NCBI GenBank assembly: GCA_963774265.1
Contig: CAVZDU010000002.1
Span: forward strand, 576,001 to 640,000
Direction: 5' to 3'
Source of the DNA: an uncultured Chloroflexia bacterium
GTDB lineage: Bacteria; Chloroflexota; Anaerolineae; CG2-30-64-16
DNA: 64,000 nucleotides
Under the pieces are notes generated by a model that saw nothing but the letters and a program-made list of their open reading frames with translations, ran no database searches and was not told the origin of the DNA. The position numbers and the translations under genes were made by a program. Each line of letters begins with the position of its first letter. Positions within the stretch are counted from its first letter, which is position 1. Of the stretch, positions 20,887 to 32,594 are shown one piece after another.

Positions 20887-23800
20887 TCACGCAAATGTCG
20901 CGAGCAAGGCGACCGCCTCGCGAAGATCCGCCGTGTCGAAGCCCTCGGTGAACCAGCCGTGGGCCTCGGTCAGTAGCGCCCGGGCCTCCACCCTGCGGCC
21001 TGACTGCTCCCACAGCCGGCAGAGGCTCATTGTCGCCGCGTAGTTCGAGGGAGCGTGCTTGTTGCTCACGCGCGACGGTCAAGGCCTTCATGAAACAGGC
21101 TTCTGCCGCAGCTTTCTCCTCAAGCCCAGCGCCGACCAGCAATAACTCGCCCTTGAGGCGGTACAGCTCAGCCTCCCAGAGCCGCCCCGCGGACCTTTCC
21201 ACTTCGGCGAGCCCCTCGTCCAATGCGGCCCGTGCTGCTCCCAGATCCCCCGACCGCGCGTACGCTTTTGCAAGACAGATCAGGTAATAGGCCGCGAACA
21301 GCTCAGACCCGGTGGCCCGGTAGGCCGCCAAATTCTCCCGCATCTCGGCGATGCCCTCGGCCAGGTGTGCTTGCTGAGCCGACAGCCAGCCGTGCAAGGT
21401 CCTCAGCCTCCCAAGCCAGAAGGCGAACTTCTGCTCTTCCGAAATGGTCATGGCTGCGGCTATTCGCTCGCCGGCCAACACCGGTTCGCCGCGCAACTCA
21501 TGAAGGATGCCCGCGTAATCGAGGGAAAACACCTGGCTGAAGGGATGCTGACCCGCCTCTGCCAGCGCTATTGCCTCCAGACTCCAGGCCATGGCCTGAT
21601 CTGCATACCCGAGGTGCCAGAGCGTGAACGATCCGTGCGACAGGAGAGCCACGCCGGGATCTTGTCCGTAGAGGGCAGCGTGGCTGCGATGCTGCCTGAA
21701 ATCGTACAGGGTCCGGCTACGTTCGAAGTACTCGCGCGCCTGGACCACGTCGCCCCGGTGGTAGGCCGTCTCGCCCATGATCCGATTTCCTTCGAGCAGG
21801 AGCGCGCGGTTCTGCGAGGCCTCGGCTAGTGCCAGGCAATTTCGTGCCAGCTCGAGGGAAGTGTCGAGGTTCATGCGCACCAGGTTGTAGCCCCACAGGC
21901 CGTAGAGAACCTGGAACAACAACGCCGGATCTTCTATCTGCATGCACAACTCGCGCGCCCGGGTGTACGCCTGGCCCACCTCGGGGGTTCCGTAGCCCTT
22001 GACCGCGACCAGCGGGGCGAAAAGCGCAATCTGCAGGTCCAGCTCTTGCCGGAGCGACTCGGTACTCGGCGGCAACCCCGCCAGTAGTTGCAGGGCCTTG
22101 GTAAAGTGCACCAGCGCCTCTTCGTTGGCCGAAAGGCGCACGGCTCGCTCGCCTGCCTGCTTCAAATACTGGACCGCCTTGGCAGGCCAGCCCGCGGCTT
22201 CGAAGTGCCGTGCCAACTGCACGGATACTGCCTCTGTGTCCCCGCCATACAGGCCCTCGAGCACCTGCCCCACTGCTTCATGCAAGTAGGTACACTCGGC
22301 GTCGTCCAGGTCATGGTAGAGGTACTTCTGAAACAGAATGTGTCGGAACCGGTACTGCGATATCTGCTGGTCGTCCGGACTCAACCGGCGGCTGCTCTCA
22401 TTGCGGACCAGCCGGTGCCCCCGGTCCAGTTCCTCGCTCAAGAGCCGCACGACCGCGCGTTCTTCGCTTCCCTGCACCCGGGCGACGACTTCCGCCGTGA
22501 ATATCTCGCCCTCAACACTCGCCACTTTCAGCAGCTCGCGAAGCACGGGCGTCAGGCGACCAATGCGCTCGGCAATAACCCCTTCCACCCTCGCCGGCAA
22601 GATCTCCCAGTTCAGTTCCCGTGCCTCGACCCAGCGGCCGCGCTCGTCCTTGACGATATCGCCGCGCTCCTGCATGCCACGAAACATCTCAACCGTAAAC
22701 AGCGCATGCCCCGCTGTGTGTCGGAAAAGCGCCTCCCTAAAGCCCGGCCCCAGGACGTTGGGCTGGGCATCGAGAAAGGCGTCGACAAAATGGCGGTCTG
22801 CCGTCTGCCCAAGGTCCATGACAATATCGCCAAACTGGCGCAGAAACTCGTTGACCAGTGATTCAAGCGGGTGGCGTTCCCACTCCGCGCCGAGCGCGCC
22901 ATCCACGGCCCGCCGCGCGGTGGAAGCGCGGCCCAGTGCTACCTCGGCCGGGCGATAGATCCCGACGACGAGGATGCGGCCCCCGTGCAGCCGACGTCCG
23001 AGGTCAAAGAGCAGGTTAATCGAGCCGGTATCCGCCCACTGCAGGTCATCGAGGACCAGCATGAGCGGCTGCTGGCCGGCCAGGACCTGGACGACCTTCA
23101 CGTATTGCTCGAACAGGTCCGCCTGCTTGACGTTGCCCGAGCTTTGCCGAGCCTCCTGGCTAGCAACCAACGCCTTCAGGCCGTCCGGCCAGCCGTGCTC
23201 TTGAGTGGTCCCATCGAACCGGCCAACCAATGCCCGGCTGGAAACGAACGTATCGAGCAGGTCGGGTCCTGTTTCGACGAGAACCCGGACCGCGCGGGAC
23301 ACGAAGGCCTGACTGGGCTGCCCTGTCAGGCGCGAGGGTGCCCCCGACCGAAAGCGTCTCTGCATCCCCGGTCAAGTGGGCCAGGATCTCCCGGAAAGGC
23401 AGGTAAGGATCACCTAGCCCCGTGTAGGCATTGCAGTATCCCCGGGCGACAACCAGTTCGGGCCGCTGCGCCTGCGAGCGCCGAGCGAACTCCTGCACTA
23501 GTGCCGTCTTGCCGCTGCCTGCTTCGCCGGTAACGAAGACGGCCTGGCTTTGCCCACCGAGGGCCAACTCCAAGAAGTGATCCAACCGCGCTAACGCGGA
23601 CTCATGACCGGCGAATGTGGGACGCTCGCTCTCGCCCGGTTGAGCGCCTTCGAGATTCGGCGCACCGGCCGGTTCCAGAGCGATGTCGGGGTTACGGGCG
23701 CGAGCGGCAGGACCCTGTCGAGGCGGCAGGTGGACCGCGGGCGACTCCCCAAGGAGGCGCCGGCCCTTGATTGCTTCGTAGAGCCGGGTGGTCTCCTCTG

Positions 23801-24544
23801 CGGGCCGGACTGCCAACTCCGCGTCGAGGATCCGTACGCACTCGGCGTACTGGCGCAGGGCAGCGGCCGACCTGCCGGTCCTCGCGTACAGCTGCATCAA
23901 CTGCCGCTGGGCAGGCTCGTGCAGTGGATCGAGTGCAACCCATTGCCGGGCGTAGGGAATGCCCGGCGATGCTTCGCCTTCCCCAAGAGCGTTGTAGCCG
24001 CTTGCCAGTCGTTCCAACGCCGAAGCCAGTTCCTGGCGTAGGCTCTCCGTCTGGAAGAACTGCCACTCGTCAAACTCAGGACTATCTTTGAGGGTGAAAC
24101 CGGCGAGGAAGTCGCCTCGATGCAGGCCGACCGCCTCGCCAAGGAGGGACAGGCAGGCCGGGCAAACCGCAGCCACCTGGTGGTCGTGCTTGTCGCACGC
24201 CGCCAACAGCTCGTGAAAGTGTTCGATGTCAAGGCAGTAGGCCGACAGCCGGTCCGCAGGGGGGACCAGGTCGCGCCTCAAGGCAATGCTCTCGCGACTG
24301 GCGTCGAGCCAGCCCGGGCCGAGTGAGGCGTTTAGTGTTGAGAGGTCACGACGCAGCGCGCTTCGTGCACCTCCCTGGTCGTATTCCGGATAAAACAGTG
24401 CTGCCAGACGATCGCGCGGCTGAGCTTCCCCGCTAAAGCGAGATAAGCCAGAAGCGCTAAGGATTTACGCCGCGGCAACTCAACAGGCTCGTCCTCGAGC
24501 TCGATGCGCGGCGGCCCGAACAGCCATAATTTCAAGCCGGGCAT
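20887..24544 (-). CDS. SARP/AfsR-like regulator: wHTH-BTAD-AAA ATPase-TPR (frameshifted)
   Basis: LFGPPRI..RRKSLALLAYL; RGDFLAGF..FDEW..DPLHE; GEAGSGKT; LDDLQWAD; WFTEGFDTADL. Confidence 0.88.
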
Positions 24545-24702
24545 CGGTGACCCCCTCCCGAAGGAGCGACGATTCCATCGCGTGAGGTATTGGGTCGCAC
24601 CAATGCCTCTGGTCCGTTAGTTGGTGCGGATTCTGAGACGCTCCTGGTGCGCCGGTCCGCTATAGTACAAGCAGTATACAGCTAGAAGACAGGAGTGCAG
24701 GA

Positions 24703-25104
24703 ATGAACATCACCTTTACGCAGAGAATGAGCGCAGCCATTGGCAAGTTCGACCTCGAATTGGCAGTTCGCGGCATACGCGCTCGTAATTCTGCGCGCAG
24801 GGGCTTCCGGACAGCCATGGCTCAGGCCTACAACACAGTCGGCCGCCATTACCGTCCCAGATGGGCTACTTACCTCCTGGACAAGGAGTTCCAGGCCACC
24901 TGTGAGCCTCGCCTCCGGGCGAGCTACCTGGAGGGTGGGACTCGCATGACGGCAGACGAGTTGGCGCACTTCTGGGCCGACCCGTTGGAATGGGTGAGTG
25001 AAGCGGCCAGGCTCGAGCATACCGCCGAGTTGGTGGACGTGGCCGACCGCTTCCTCCGCTGCCTGGACGAGGAACTCTGCGAACGGGAGGTGTTGGCCAG
25101 ATAA
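24703..25104 (+). CDS. Hypothetical helical protein, divergent from the SARP regulator
   Basis: AGGAG upstream; 133-aa ORF with natural composition. Confidence 0.6.
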   Translation: MNITFTQRMSAAIGKFDLELAVRGIRARNSARRGFRTAMAQAYNTVGRHYRPRWATYLLDKEFQATCEPRLRASYLEGGTRMTADELAHFWADPLEWVSEAARLEHTAELVDVADRFLRCLDEELCEREVLAR

Positions 25105-25209
25105 CGCTCTGGCCATTAGTGGTCAACGGAGGGCGCCCATCGCTACGGGATGCAGCGATAGAACGAACGCCCCATGCAGCATCCTATAGTCGTTACGGGA
25201 GGATACGTC

Positions 25210-25440
25210 ATGCCACTTATTCAGGTCAAGGTCATCGAAGGTGTGTTCGGTCAGGCGGAGAAGCAACAGATCGTGCGGAGGCTCACGGAGGCCATGGTGT
25301 CCATTGAAGGCGAGAATATGCGTCCGGTCACATGGTGCATCGTGGAAGAGGTAAAGAGTGGCGACTGGGGCATTGCGGGCAATCCGCTATCTACCAGCGA
25401 TGTGCTGGCCCTTGCTAGGGGGACACCTGTCCAACGATAA
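25210..25440 (+). CDS. 4-oxalocrotonate tautomerase family protein
   Basis: N-terminal Pro (MPLIQVKVIEG), K..I..LTEAM, EEV..WGIAG. Confidence 0.88.
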   Translation: MPLIQVKVIEGVFGQAEKQQIVRRLTEAMVSIEGENMRPVTWCIVEEVKSGDWGIAGNPLSTSDVLALARGTPVQR

Positions 25441-25673
25441 TTAGAAATGCCCACTGAAAGCGAGGTGGGACCGTTATAGACTGACTCTGGAAGGAGTTGC
25501 TCCTTAGCCAAGGCTCACCGCTGCGGATGAAAATGGGTACAATCCGGTGACGCTTCAGCGAGAAGTCGAATGCTCTGTTTGGTGCCACGAGTCCGTAAGG
25601 AGTTTGGCTTGAGGTCCTGCAGGCACCGCTGACTGTTGCACCCTGTGAGGAAAAAGCACGCTAGGGAGAATCT

Positions 25674-26080
25674 AAGAAGCTGTTTGAAGAGTAACGGCTG
25701 TCGGCCAGAGACTGGTATACGTTGGAGTTGTGACACACATCGATACCCGACCGACCTGACCGACAGCCAGTGGGTCATTATCCAGGAGCTGATCCCACCG
25801 GTCAAACAGGCGGACGACCGCGCAGCCTGGATATGCGCCAAGTCGTCAACGCGATCCTGTATGTGGTTGTCGGCGACATCCAGTGGCGGATGCTGCCGAA
25901 CTGATCAATGGCCGCAGGCGCCACGTGCTGGTTGACACGCTGGGCCTGGTGTTAGCCGTCGTAGTGACCAGTGCCGCCGTCCAAGATCGCGATGGCGCAC
26001 GCCTACCGACGATCTACATCGTCATGATTCGGCTGATGTTGCGTCGCTTAGCCCGCCAATGACCTTTTCAACAAGAACCT
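25674..26080 (+). mobile_element. Degenerate IS5-family element with internal deletions
   Basis: [59 protein letters not shown]; degenerate ends ctgtttgaa / ttttcaac. Confidence 0.8.
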
Positions 26081-26084
26081 CTGC

Positions 26085-29000
26085 TCAACCCCCAGGCCGC
26101 AGTCCGAAGTGGAACGCGCCGCCGCGGCTCAGCACCGGCGACTTGAAGTCACCCAGTTTGACCGCCAGGACGATGTAGTAGTAATTGGCTAGCGGCGAGT
26201 CGAGCGCGGTATCGTCCGGGTAGATCGCTTCGTTGCTCAGGCCGGGTGGCGCTACGTTGTCCAGGAAGGCGCCCGGGAGCGGCATGAAGTAGGGCGTCGT
26301 GTAGCGGTAGACCTCGTAGCGGGTGATGTCTGGCTCGGTCTGCGTCCAACGCAGCTCGATGCCATCCGGCGACACATCCAGGCCCACGGCCGGCGGCGCG
26401 GGCTGGGGTGAGAACTCGCTGGTGTTGCCTTCCGCGTCGGTGGCAGTAGCCGTAACACGAGGGCCGGCCAGACTCCCCTCCTTGTCGAAGGCGAAGCTGC
26501 CCGAGGCGTTTGCCACAACGCTGCCTTCGTAAATACGACCCTCGTCTTCGGCATCTGAGAATACCTCGACTGTACCTCCAGGACAGGCGGCGCCCGCGAT
26601 GCCGGTTATCGTGAGGGACGCGATGACCGGCGCCGGTAGCATGTTGTTGCCACCTTCTGTGGCCTCTATGCCTTTGCCGGCATTACCATATATGGAGTTG
26701 CGGCGGATCGTGTTATATGAGGAACGATCCACGTGGACGCCGGCCCTGGCGCCGTAAGCGACCCTGTTGTTCTGAACGAAGTTGTGCGCGGCGTCGTCTA
26801 CGAGCGAGATACCCGCCCAACTGTTTCCAAGGGGACTGCTGCCACTCGCGTCGGTGCCGATGTAGTTGCCGGCAATGCAGTTGTGCTCGATCCCGGCGTT
26901 CTCGATGCGAACTCCATAGCTGTTGCCACTGATGATATTGCGCTCTTCATCAGTCGTGCCACCGATGAAGTTATGCCGGGTGCCCTCGTTGATGTCTACC
27001 CCACTCACATTGCCGATAGAATAGACGCCAGTGACATCCGTGCCGATATAGTTTCCAATGACGAGGTTGTCAGACATCTCCAAACCACCGAGTGAAACGC
27101 CGTTGCCATTTCCGCTGATGAGATTTCTCTCTCCGGGTCTCGACCCTCCAACACGGTTGAACCCTGCACTCCAAATCAACACACCCATGCCGTTCGCCAG
27201 CGGAGCGGTGCCCATAGCAGTGGTGCCAATGAAGTTGCCGATGATAACATTATGGGCGGTATTCTGGTCACTTATGACAACCCCGAATTCCTTGTTCCCA
27301 CTGATGATGTTTCGCTCGGCTGGCAGCTCCCCTCCTACAACGTCACTGGATGCCCCCGACTCAATGATCACCCCTGCGCGATTCCCCAGGGCAAGCAGGC
27401 CACTGATATCGGTGCCGATGTAGTTGCCTGCGATGACGTTACCTACGACACCATCACCGATAACCTGAATGCCCCTGTCGTGGTTGCCGCTGATGATATT
27501 GCGTTCCCCCGTTGTGTCCCCACCCACTCGGTTGTAAGATGCTCCCTCCTGGATCTGAATACCGATCTCATTGCCAAACGCTTGCGTCCCACTGGCATCC
27601 AGGCCGACGATATTGCCCCTGATCATATTGCTCATCAGGTAGCTCACCACTCCATCGGCGTGGATACCGATGCCAAAGTCATTCCCACTGATGACGTTGC
27701 CCTGCCCTGTTGGTCCCATCCCCTTGGTCCGGTCTCCGCCGATGACGTTATATCGGCCTCGGATATACACGCCGGCACTACCATAAGACCCTGTTCGGAA
27801 GTTAAGGATTTGAAGCCCCAATACCCTATTACCATCCGAGGTGATCAGCAAGCCATAAGCCGGTCCTGACAGGAGGCTCCCATCCACGATCACCCCTGCG
27901 TCGCTACCGTCGATGGTCAGCCGTCCTTCGCTCATTGCCGGCAACTGACTGAGCAGGCCGATCGTCGCCGGGCTCGTAGGGGGGAACGCCGTCACGTCAA
28001 ACAAAATCGTGTCACCCGGACCGGCATCAAGCAGTGCCTGGCGCAAAGTGCCGGGGCCACTGTCCAGTGGGCTCGTGACGACGTTGGTCTTCGCCAAAAG
28101 GACGGCTGGGGGAGAAAACTCGGAGGTATTACCTGCAAGGTCAGTTGCTGTCGCGGTGATGCGGGGCCCTGTGAGTCCTGCTGTCTGAACGAACGTAAAT
28201 ACGCCCGATGGGCCAACTGTGACCCGACCCTCATAAGCTTCGCCTTCGTTGGATCCGTCGGAGAAGACCTCAATGACCATGCCCGGTGCTGCGCTGCCGG
28301 TAACGGTGGTAGCAGTGACCCCGGAAAGGTCTGGCGGGGGTAGGGACTGGTTGGCGCCGTTGACGTTGGCAATCCCCTTACCGACGTTGTCGTGAATGGC
28401 GTTCGTCGTAACCGTGTTGCCCGAGGTGTTGCTGCCGTCAATCGTCACCCCGTCGCCGCCATTATGCGCGATGCGGTTGGCAGGGCCAACCAGGTTGCCC
28501 TGCGTACCGTCATGCATCCCGATTCCGCCCCTTGTGTTTGGCAGGGAAACTGTGCCCTGCTCGTCGGTGCCGATGAAGTTGCCCACCACCTCATTGTGGC
28601 CTGTGCCGCTCATCCAGATTCGTATTCCCCACTCGCTGTTGCCGCCGATCACGTTGCCTTCCCCCGGCTCCAGGCCCCCGATACGGTTTCTTGCAGCCCC
28701 ACTCCAAACGAGTACTCCATTCCCCTGGTTGCCGAGGGCCGTCAAGCCATCGGCCGGGGCGCCGATTTGATTCCCGATGACAACGTTGTTGTCAGTGCCA
28801 GTGTCACGAATAGCTATCCCGTCTCCGAGGTTTCCTGCGATGACATTTTTCTCTGCCGATGTAGGCCCGCCAATCTGGTTGTCGGTAGCACCCCCTAGCA
28901 GGGCGATGCCGATTTGGTTCCCTAGTGCAGACGTGCCGCTGGCATCGGTGCCGATGAAGTTGCCTGCGATAACATTCTGGCTTGTCCCTGAATTTTCGAC

Positions 29001-31559
29001 ATAGATGCCAACCTCATTGGCACTGATGATGTTGCGGCGGCCGACCGTGGATCCACCGACGCGATTGCGCTTTCCGCCCGCCGTCAGGGTAATGCCGGTC
29101 CATTCGTTGCCCAAAGCGGCCTGCCCGGTAGCGTTGGTGCCGATCAGGTTGCCCTCGATAACGTTGTCAGAACTCTCCACGCGAATCCCACTCCATTCGC
29201 CGTTGCCCGAAAGGACGTTGCCCTCGCCGCTGGGACCGCTCCCGACTGTGCGATCTCCACCGATTGTGTTGTTGCCGGTTCCCCAATTCAGCTTGATCCC
29301 CTCGTTTGGGAAACGGAGAATCTGTAGGCCCTTGATCGTGTTGTAGGAGGAATCTATTAGAAGTCCTACGCTGCCTACCGGCGTGGTGTTGCCCTCCAGG
29401 ATAACCCCGGTGTTGCTGCCATCAATGGTTATCCCACCCTGGTTGATGGGTGGAAGCTGGCTTTGGGGGCTGATGGTCGCTGGCGTTGTCGGTGGGAAAA
29501 TCGCGGGATCAAAGGTAATTGTGTCGCCGGGCCCGGCATCCAGGATGGCCTGGCGCAGTGTGCCGGGGCCGCTGTCCGCCACGCTCCTAACAACGTGAGT
29601 GATCGATTCGCTCCCGGTATCCTCGGCCATCGGAGGGTCGTCATGATCTGATTCTGACCGAACGTTGGCCACATCAACGGACCTGTTTGCCGTTGCCTTT
29701 TCCCAAACCAAGAGCCCGCCATGCCCATCGGCGACATAGAGGTAATCGCCCCCAAGCTGGGTATGCCAGGCGAATCCCGGTGTATCATAGGCTGCCACAA
29801 GAGTGGGGGTCTGAGGGTTCAAAACGTCCACGATCTGGACGCCCTCGCCGCCGACGCTGACGTAGGCCAACGAACCACCGATCGTCACACTCTCGGCGAC
29901 GCCAGGGGTGTCGTAGAAACCCATTTCTGCGGGTATTCCCGGCTCGGATACGTCCACAATCCTCAGGCCCGCCTGCGAATCGGCGACGTATGCCCGGTTG
30001 CCGACGACGGTCACGCCCTGCGAGAGGCCGGGCGAGTCGTAGACGCCCACCACAATCGGACTGACCGGATTCGAGACGTCCACGAGCTTGACGCCGTCCA
30101 AAGCATCAGCCAGGTAAGCCAGGCTGCCTGCTACTGCAACTCCAACGGTGGACTGCTGGTTTTCGTCCAGTCGGATGGAGCTGAGCTGGGCGGGAGAAGT
30201 CGGGTCGCTGACGCTGATCAGGCGTAATCCGGTTTCATCAGCTACATAGACAGTTGACCCTTGCAGGGCGATTTCGCGATACGCTCCCCATGTACTGATA
30301 AAGCCGGTTCTCACCGGATGGGTAGGATCGGAGATGTTCAGTACGTGCACGCTGTTATTGGCAGCCAGGTAGGCGTAGGCACCGCTGACAAGCACGCTGA
30401 CAGCGTAGCCACCCTGGGTATCATATCCCCCAACCTCCCTGGGATGTGCCGGATCGGAGACATCCACCACCCGCAGGCCAGAGAACCCGGCAGCCACGTA
30501 GACATAGGAGCCTGCCACGGCGACTCGGCGCGCATCGGCCAGTGGACTATAAGAGCCGACCTGGGTTGGGTGGGCGGGATCCGTCACATCCAACACCCGT
30601 AGGCCTTCGCGCAGGTCGGCCACGTATGCCGTGCTGCCTGCGACAGCCACTCTGCGGGCAAGACCTGGCTCCTGGAAGGCTCCGATCTCCTGGGGATTTG
30701 CCCGGTCGGAAACATCCACGAGCCGCAATCCATTAGCCCCGTCAGCCACATAGACTTCGGAGCCCGCCATCGCGACGCTCATTGCCCAACCTGGTGTGAC
30801 GTACGCGCCGATCGTAGTTGGATTGCCGGGACTGGACACATCCACCACTCTCAAACCTTCCCACGCGTCGGCCACGAAGACCGTATTGCCGGCCGCTGCG
30901 ACATCATAGGCATAGCCTGGCGTATCCAAAGAACCTACTTCTACCGGGTGTGCTGGGTCGGAGACGTCGGCCACCAACAACCCTGCCCCAGCCGCCGCCA
31001 TGTAAGCGTAGTGGTCCAGAACAACTACCTCCAGGCCATAGTTCATCTCGTAGGCTTTGGCCAGCGGAGCGGGGTCGGCCGGACTAGAGACATCCACGAT
31101 GCCCAGACCATATGGCCCGTCGGCCAGGTAGGCGATACTGCCTGCCACCGTCACCCCTTCGGCGTAGCCGGGCGAGTCCCAGGCTCCTGCTTCTACCGGG
31201 TGGGCGGGATCGGATACGTCCACGACCCGCAGGCCGGCCCCACCGGCCGCGACATAGGCCGTTGTCTCGCTGACCGCGATGTCCTCCACGAAGTCGGGAA
31301 ACGGCGCGGTGGCGCCTATCTCAATCGGTGTGGCGGGGTTCGCCATATCCAGCACGATGAGCCGGAGGCCGACCCCGACGTAGGCGTATTGACCCTGGAT
31401 GGCCACAGCTTGGGTCGGCCCGCCGATCTGGCCCACGGCCTTCCACGCCGATGTTGCTGTCGACACAGCATTCGCTCCTTCGTGCGGAAGAACCAGTATT
31501 GAGAGAAGGACACCGCACAACAGCGCGCGAACGCTTTGTCCGACCGCTCGATGTTTCAT
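26085..31559 (-). CDS. Large secreted protein: LVIVD beta-propeller repeats, two parallel beta-helix modules, C-terminal FN3-like domain
   Basis: Signal peptide from MKHRAVG; ~14 'GL.VVDVS.P..P..G.Y.TPG' repeats; many 'GNFIGTD..G/RNIISGN' repeats; no frameshifts. Confidence 0.88.
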   Translation of the reverse strand: MKHRAVGQSVRALLCGVLLSILVLPHEGANAVSTATSAWKAVGQIGGPTQAVAIQGQYAYVGVGLRLIVLDMANPATPIEIGATAPFPDFVEDIAVSETTAYVAAGGAGLRVVDVSDPAHPVEAGAWDSPGYAEGVTVAGSIAYLADGPYGLGIVDVSSPADPAPLAKAYEMNYGLEVVVLDHYAYMAAAGAGLLVADVSDPAHPVEVGSLDTPGYAYDVAAAGNTVFVADAWEGLRVVDVSSPGNPTTIGAYVTPGWAMSVAMAGSEVYVADGANGLRLVDVSDRANPQEIGAFQEPGLARRVAVAGSTAYVADLREGLRVLDVTDPAHPTQVGSYSPLADARRVAVAGSYVYVAAGFSGLRVVDVSDPAHPREVGGYDTQGGYAVSVLVSGAYAYLAANNSVHVLNISDPTHPVRTGFISTWGAYREIALQGSTVYVADETGLRLISVSDPTSPAQLSSIRLDENQQSTVGVAVAGSLAYLADALDGVKLVDVSNPVSPIVVGVYDSPGLSQGVTVVGNRAYVADSQAGLRIVDVSEPGIPAEMGFYDTPGVAESVTIGGSLAYVSVGGEGVQIVDVLNPQTPTLVAAYDTPGFAWHTQLGGDYLYVADGHGGLLVWEKATANRSVDVANVRSESDHDDPPMAEDTGSESITHVVRSVADSGPGTLRQAILDAGPGDTITFDPAIFPPTTPATISPQSQLPPINQGGITIDGSNTGVILEGNTTPVGSVGLLIDSSYNTIKGLQILRFPNEGIKLNWGTGNNTIGGDRTVGSGPSGEGNVLSGNGEWSGIRVESSDNVIEGNLIGTNATGQAALGNEWTGITLTAGGKRNRVGGSTVGRRNIISANEVGIYVENSGTSQNVIAGNFIGTDASGTSALGNQIGIALLGGATDNQIGGPTSAEKNVIAGNLGDGIAIRDTGTDNNVVIGNQIGAPADGLTALGNQGNGVLVWSGAARNRIGGLEPGEGNVIGGNSEWGIRIWMSGTGHNEVVGNFIGTDEQGTVSLPNTRGGIGMHDGTQGNLVGPANRIAHNGGDGVTIDGSNTSGNTVTTNAIHDNVGKGIANVNGANQSLPPPDLSGVTATTVTGSAAPGMVIEVFSDGSNEGEAYEGRVTVGPSGVFTFVQTAGLTGPRITATATDLAGNTSEFSPPAVLLAKTNVVTSPLDSGPGTLRQALLDAGPGDTILFDVTAFPPTSPATIGLLSQLPAMSEGRLTIDGSDAGVIVDGSLLSGPAYGLLITSDGNRVLGLQILNFRTGSYGSAGVYIRGRYNVIGGDRTKGMGPTGQGNVISGNDFGIGIHADGVVSYLMSNMIRGNIVGLDASGTQAFGNEIGIQIQEGASYNRVGGDTTGERNIISGNHDRGIQVIGDGVVGNVIAGNYIGTDISGLLALGNRAGVIIESGASSDVVGGELPAERNIISGNKEFGVVISDQNTAHNVIIGNFIGTTAMGTAPLANGMGVLIWSAGFNRVGGSRPGERNLISGNGNGVSLGGLEMSDNLVIGNYIGTDVTGVYSIGNVSGVDINEGTRHNFIGGTTDEERNIISGNSYGVRIENAGIEHNCIAGNYIGTDASGSSPLGNSWAGISLVDDAAHNFVQNNRVAYGARAGVHVDRSSYNTIRRNSIYGNAGKGIEATEGGNNMLPAPVIASLTITGIAGAACPGGTVEVFSDAEDEGRIYEGSVVANASGSFAFDKEGSLAGPRVTATATDAEGNTSEFSPQPAPPAVGLDVSPDGIELRWTQTEPDITRYEVYRYTTPYFMPLPGAFLDNVAPPGLSNEAIYPDDTALDSPLANYYYIVLAVKLGDFKSPVLSRGGAFHFGLRPGG

Positions 31560-31990
31560 GAAAGGCCTCCGTGGAGTGTGAGAGTTCCGTGCCATCATCG
31601 CCGATTCGGCCGACGCAGGAAAGGAACCTAGCGGACCAACCCGGTGCCCCGGAATTGGGAGGGAGAGCGCAGTGCATAGGTGCCGGCCCCGGCAGCTCTT
31701 GCCATGCCAGGGCGCGTAGAGTTCACCCGAGAGCACTATAGCTCAACACTCGCAGGCAGAGAAAATCGCCCGACTCCTGCTTCAACGGCGGCCACGCGGA
31801 CCAAAAGGTGACGGACAAGGCCGCCGAGCTCTGTGCGGCCGGACGGGAAGGATAAAGTAGAAGCCTCCTATGAGCCCCGCTACGCTTGCGACGATCCCCG
31901 CGTAGGCCGTGGGTTTATTGAAGAGCCCTCAACGTACCGCTTCTTTCAGTGCGGTCACATTCTGACCTCCTGCCTGGCTGGCGCGGGTTC

Positions 31991-32020
31991 TTGACAGCGT
32001 GCGCGAGAGACAGCTATAAT
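31991..32020 (+). promoter_or_regulatory. Consensus sigma70 promoter
   Basis: TTGACA-18 bp-TATAAT. Confidence 0.7.
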
Positions 32021-32066
32021 CCGCACAGTTCTTATCCCCCCCTATCCAGGGGCTCCTTGCAGGCGC

Positions 32067-32594
32067 ATGACAATCGAATTCAAACTCGAAGAATCGGATC
32101 TTGTGGCGCTGGCGAAATACCAGATGGAGCATTCCCCGGCCATCCTCCGGCGTTACCGACTACAGCGATATGGCCTGGCGGCGGTCTTCGGGCTATTCGC
32201 CCTGGTAAGCTACTTCGTCTTCCACAAGTCCGCGGTGGCGGCCTATTCCGCCACCCTGGGGTTGTTTTGCTTCAGCCTTTACCCACTCTACTACCGCTGG
32301 GTGGTGGGACAAACCCTGCGCAAAATCGTCGGCGCCCGGCTCAACCCGGCGGCGTTCGCGATGCGCACGCTGCGGATCACCGCCGAGGGGCTGGAGCAAA
32401 TCGCCGCGGGCAAGAAGACCGGCATCCCCTGGCCGCGCATCGGCCCCGTGGCGGTGACGCCGCACTACGCTTTTATCGCAGTAGATGGCGTCTACGGACA
32501 GGCAATCCCGCGGGGGCGCGTGGAGGAGAAGCGCTTCCTGAGCTTCGTGCAGGCTCTACACGCGGGACGACTTGATGCGGGGACCCCCGGCTGA
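32067..32594 (+). CDS. YcxB-like membrane protein
   Basis: Two TM helices then ITAEGL..IPW..I..IP C-terminal domain. Confidence 0.65.
   Translation: MTIEFKLEESDLVALAKYQMEHSPAILRRYRLQRYGLAAVFGLFALVSYFVFHKSAVAAYSATLGLFCFSLYPLYYRWVVGQTLRKIVGARLNPAAFAMRTLRITAEGLEQIAAGKKTGIPWPRIGPVAVTPHYAFIAVDGVYGQAIPRGRVEEKRFLSFVQALHAGRLDAGTPG

Noticed and set aside
29700-31400. Regularly spaced repeats resembling an array
   Set aside because: They are degenerate coding LVIVD repeats
31870-31930. Small hairpin and IS-end-like TTATTGAAGAGCCC
   Set aside because: No partner end, TSD or transposase found
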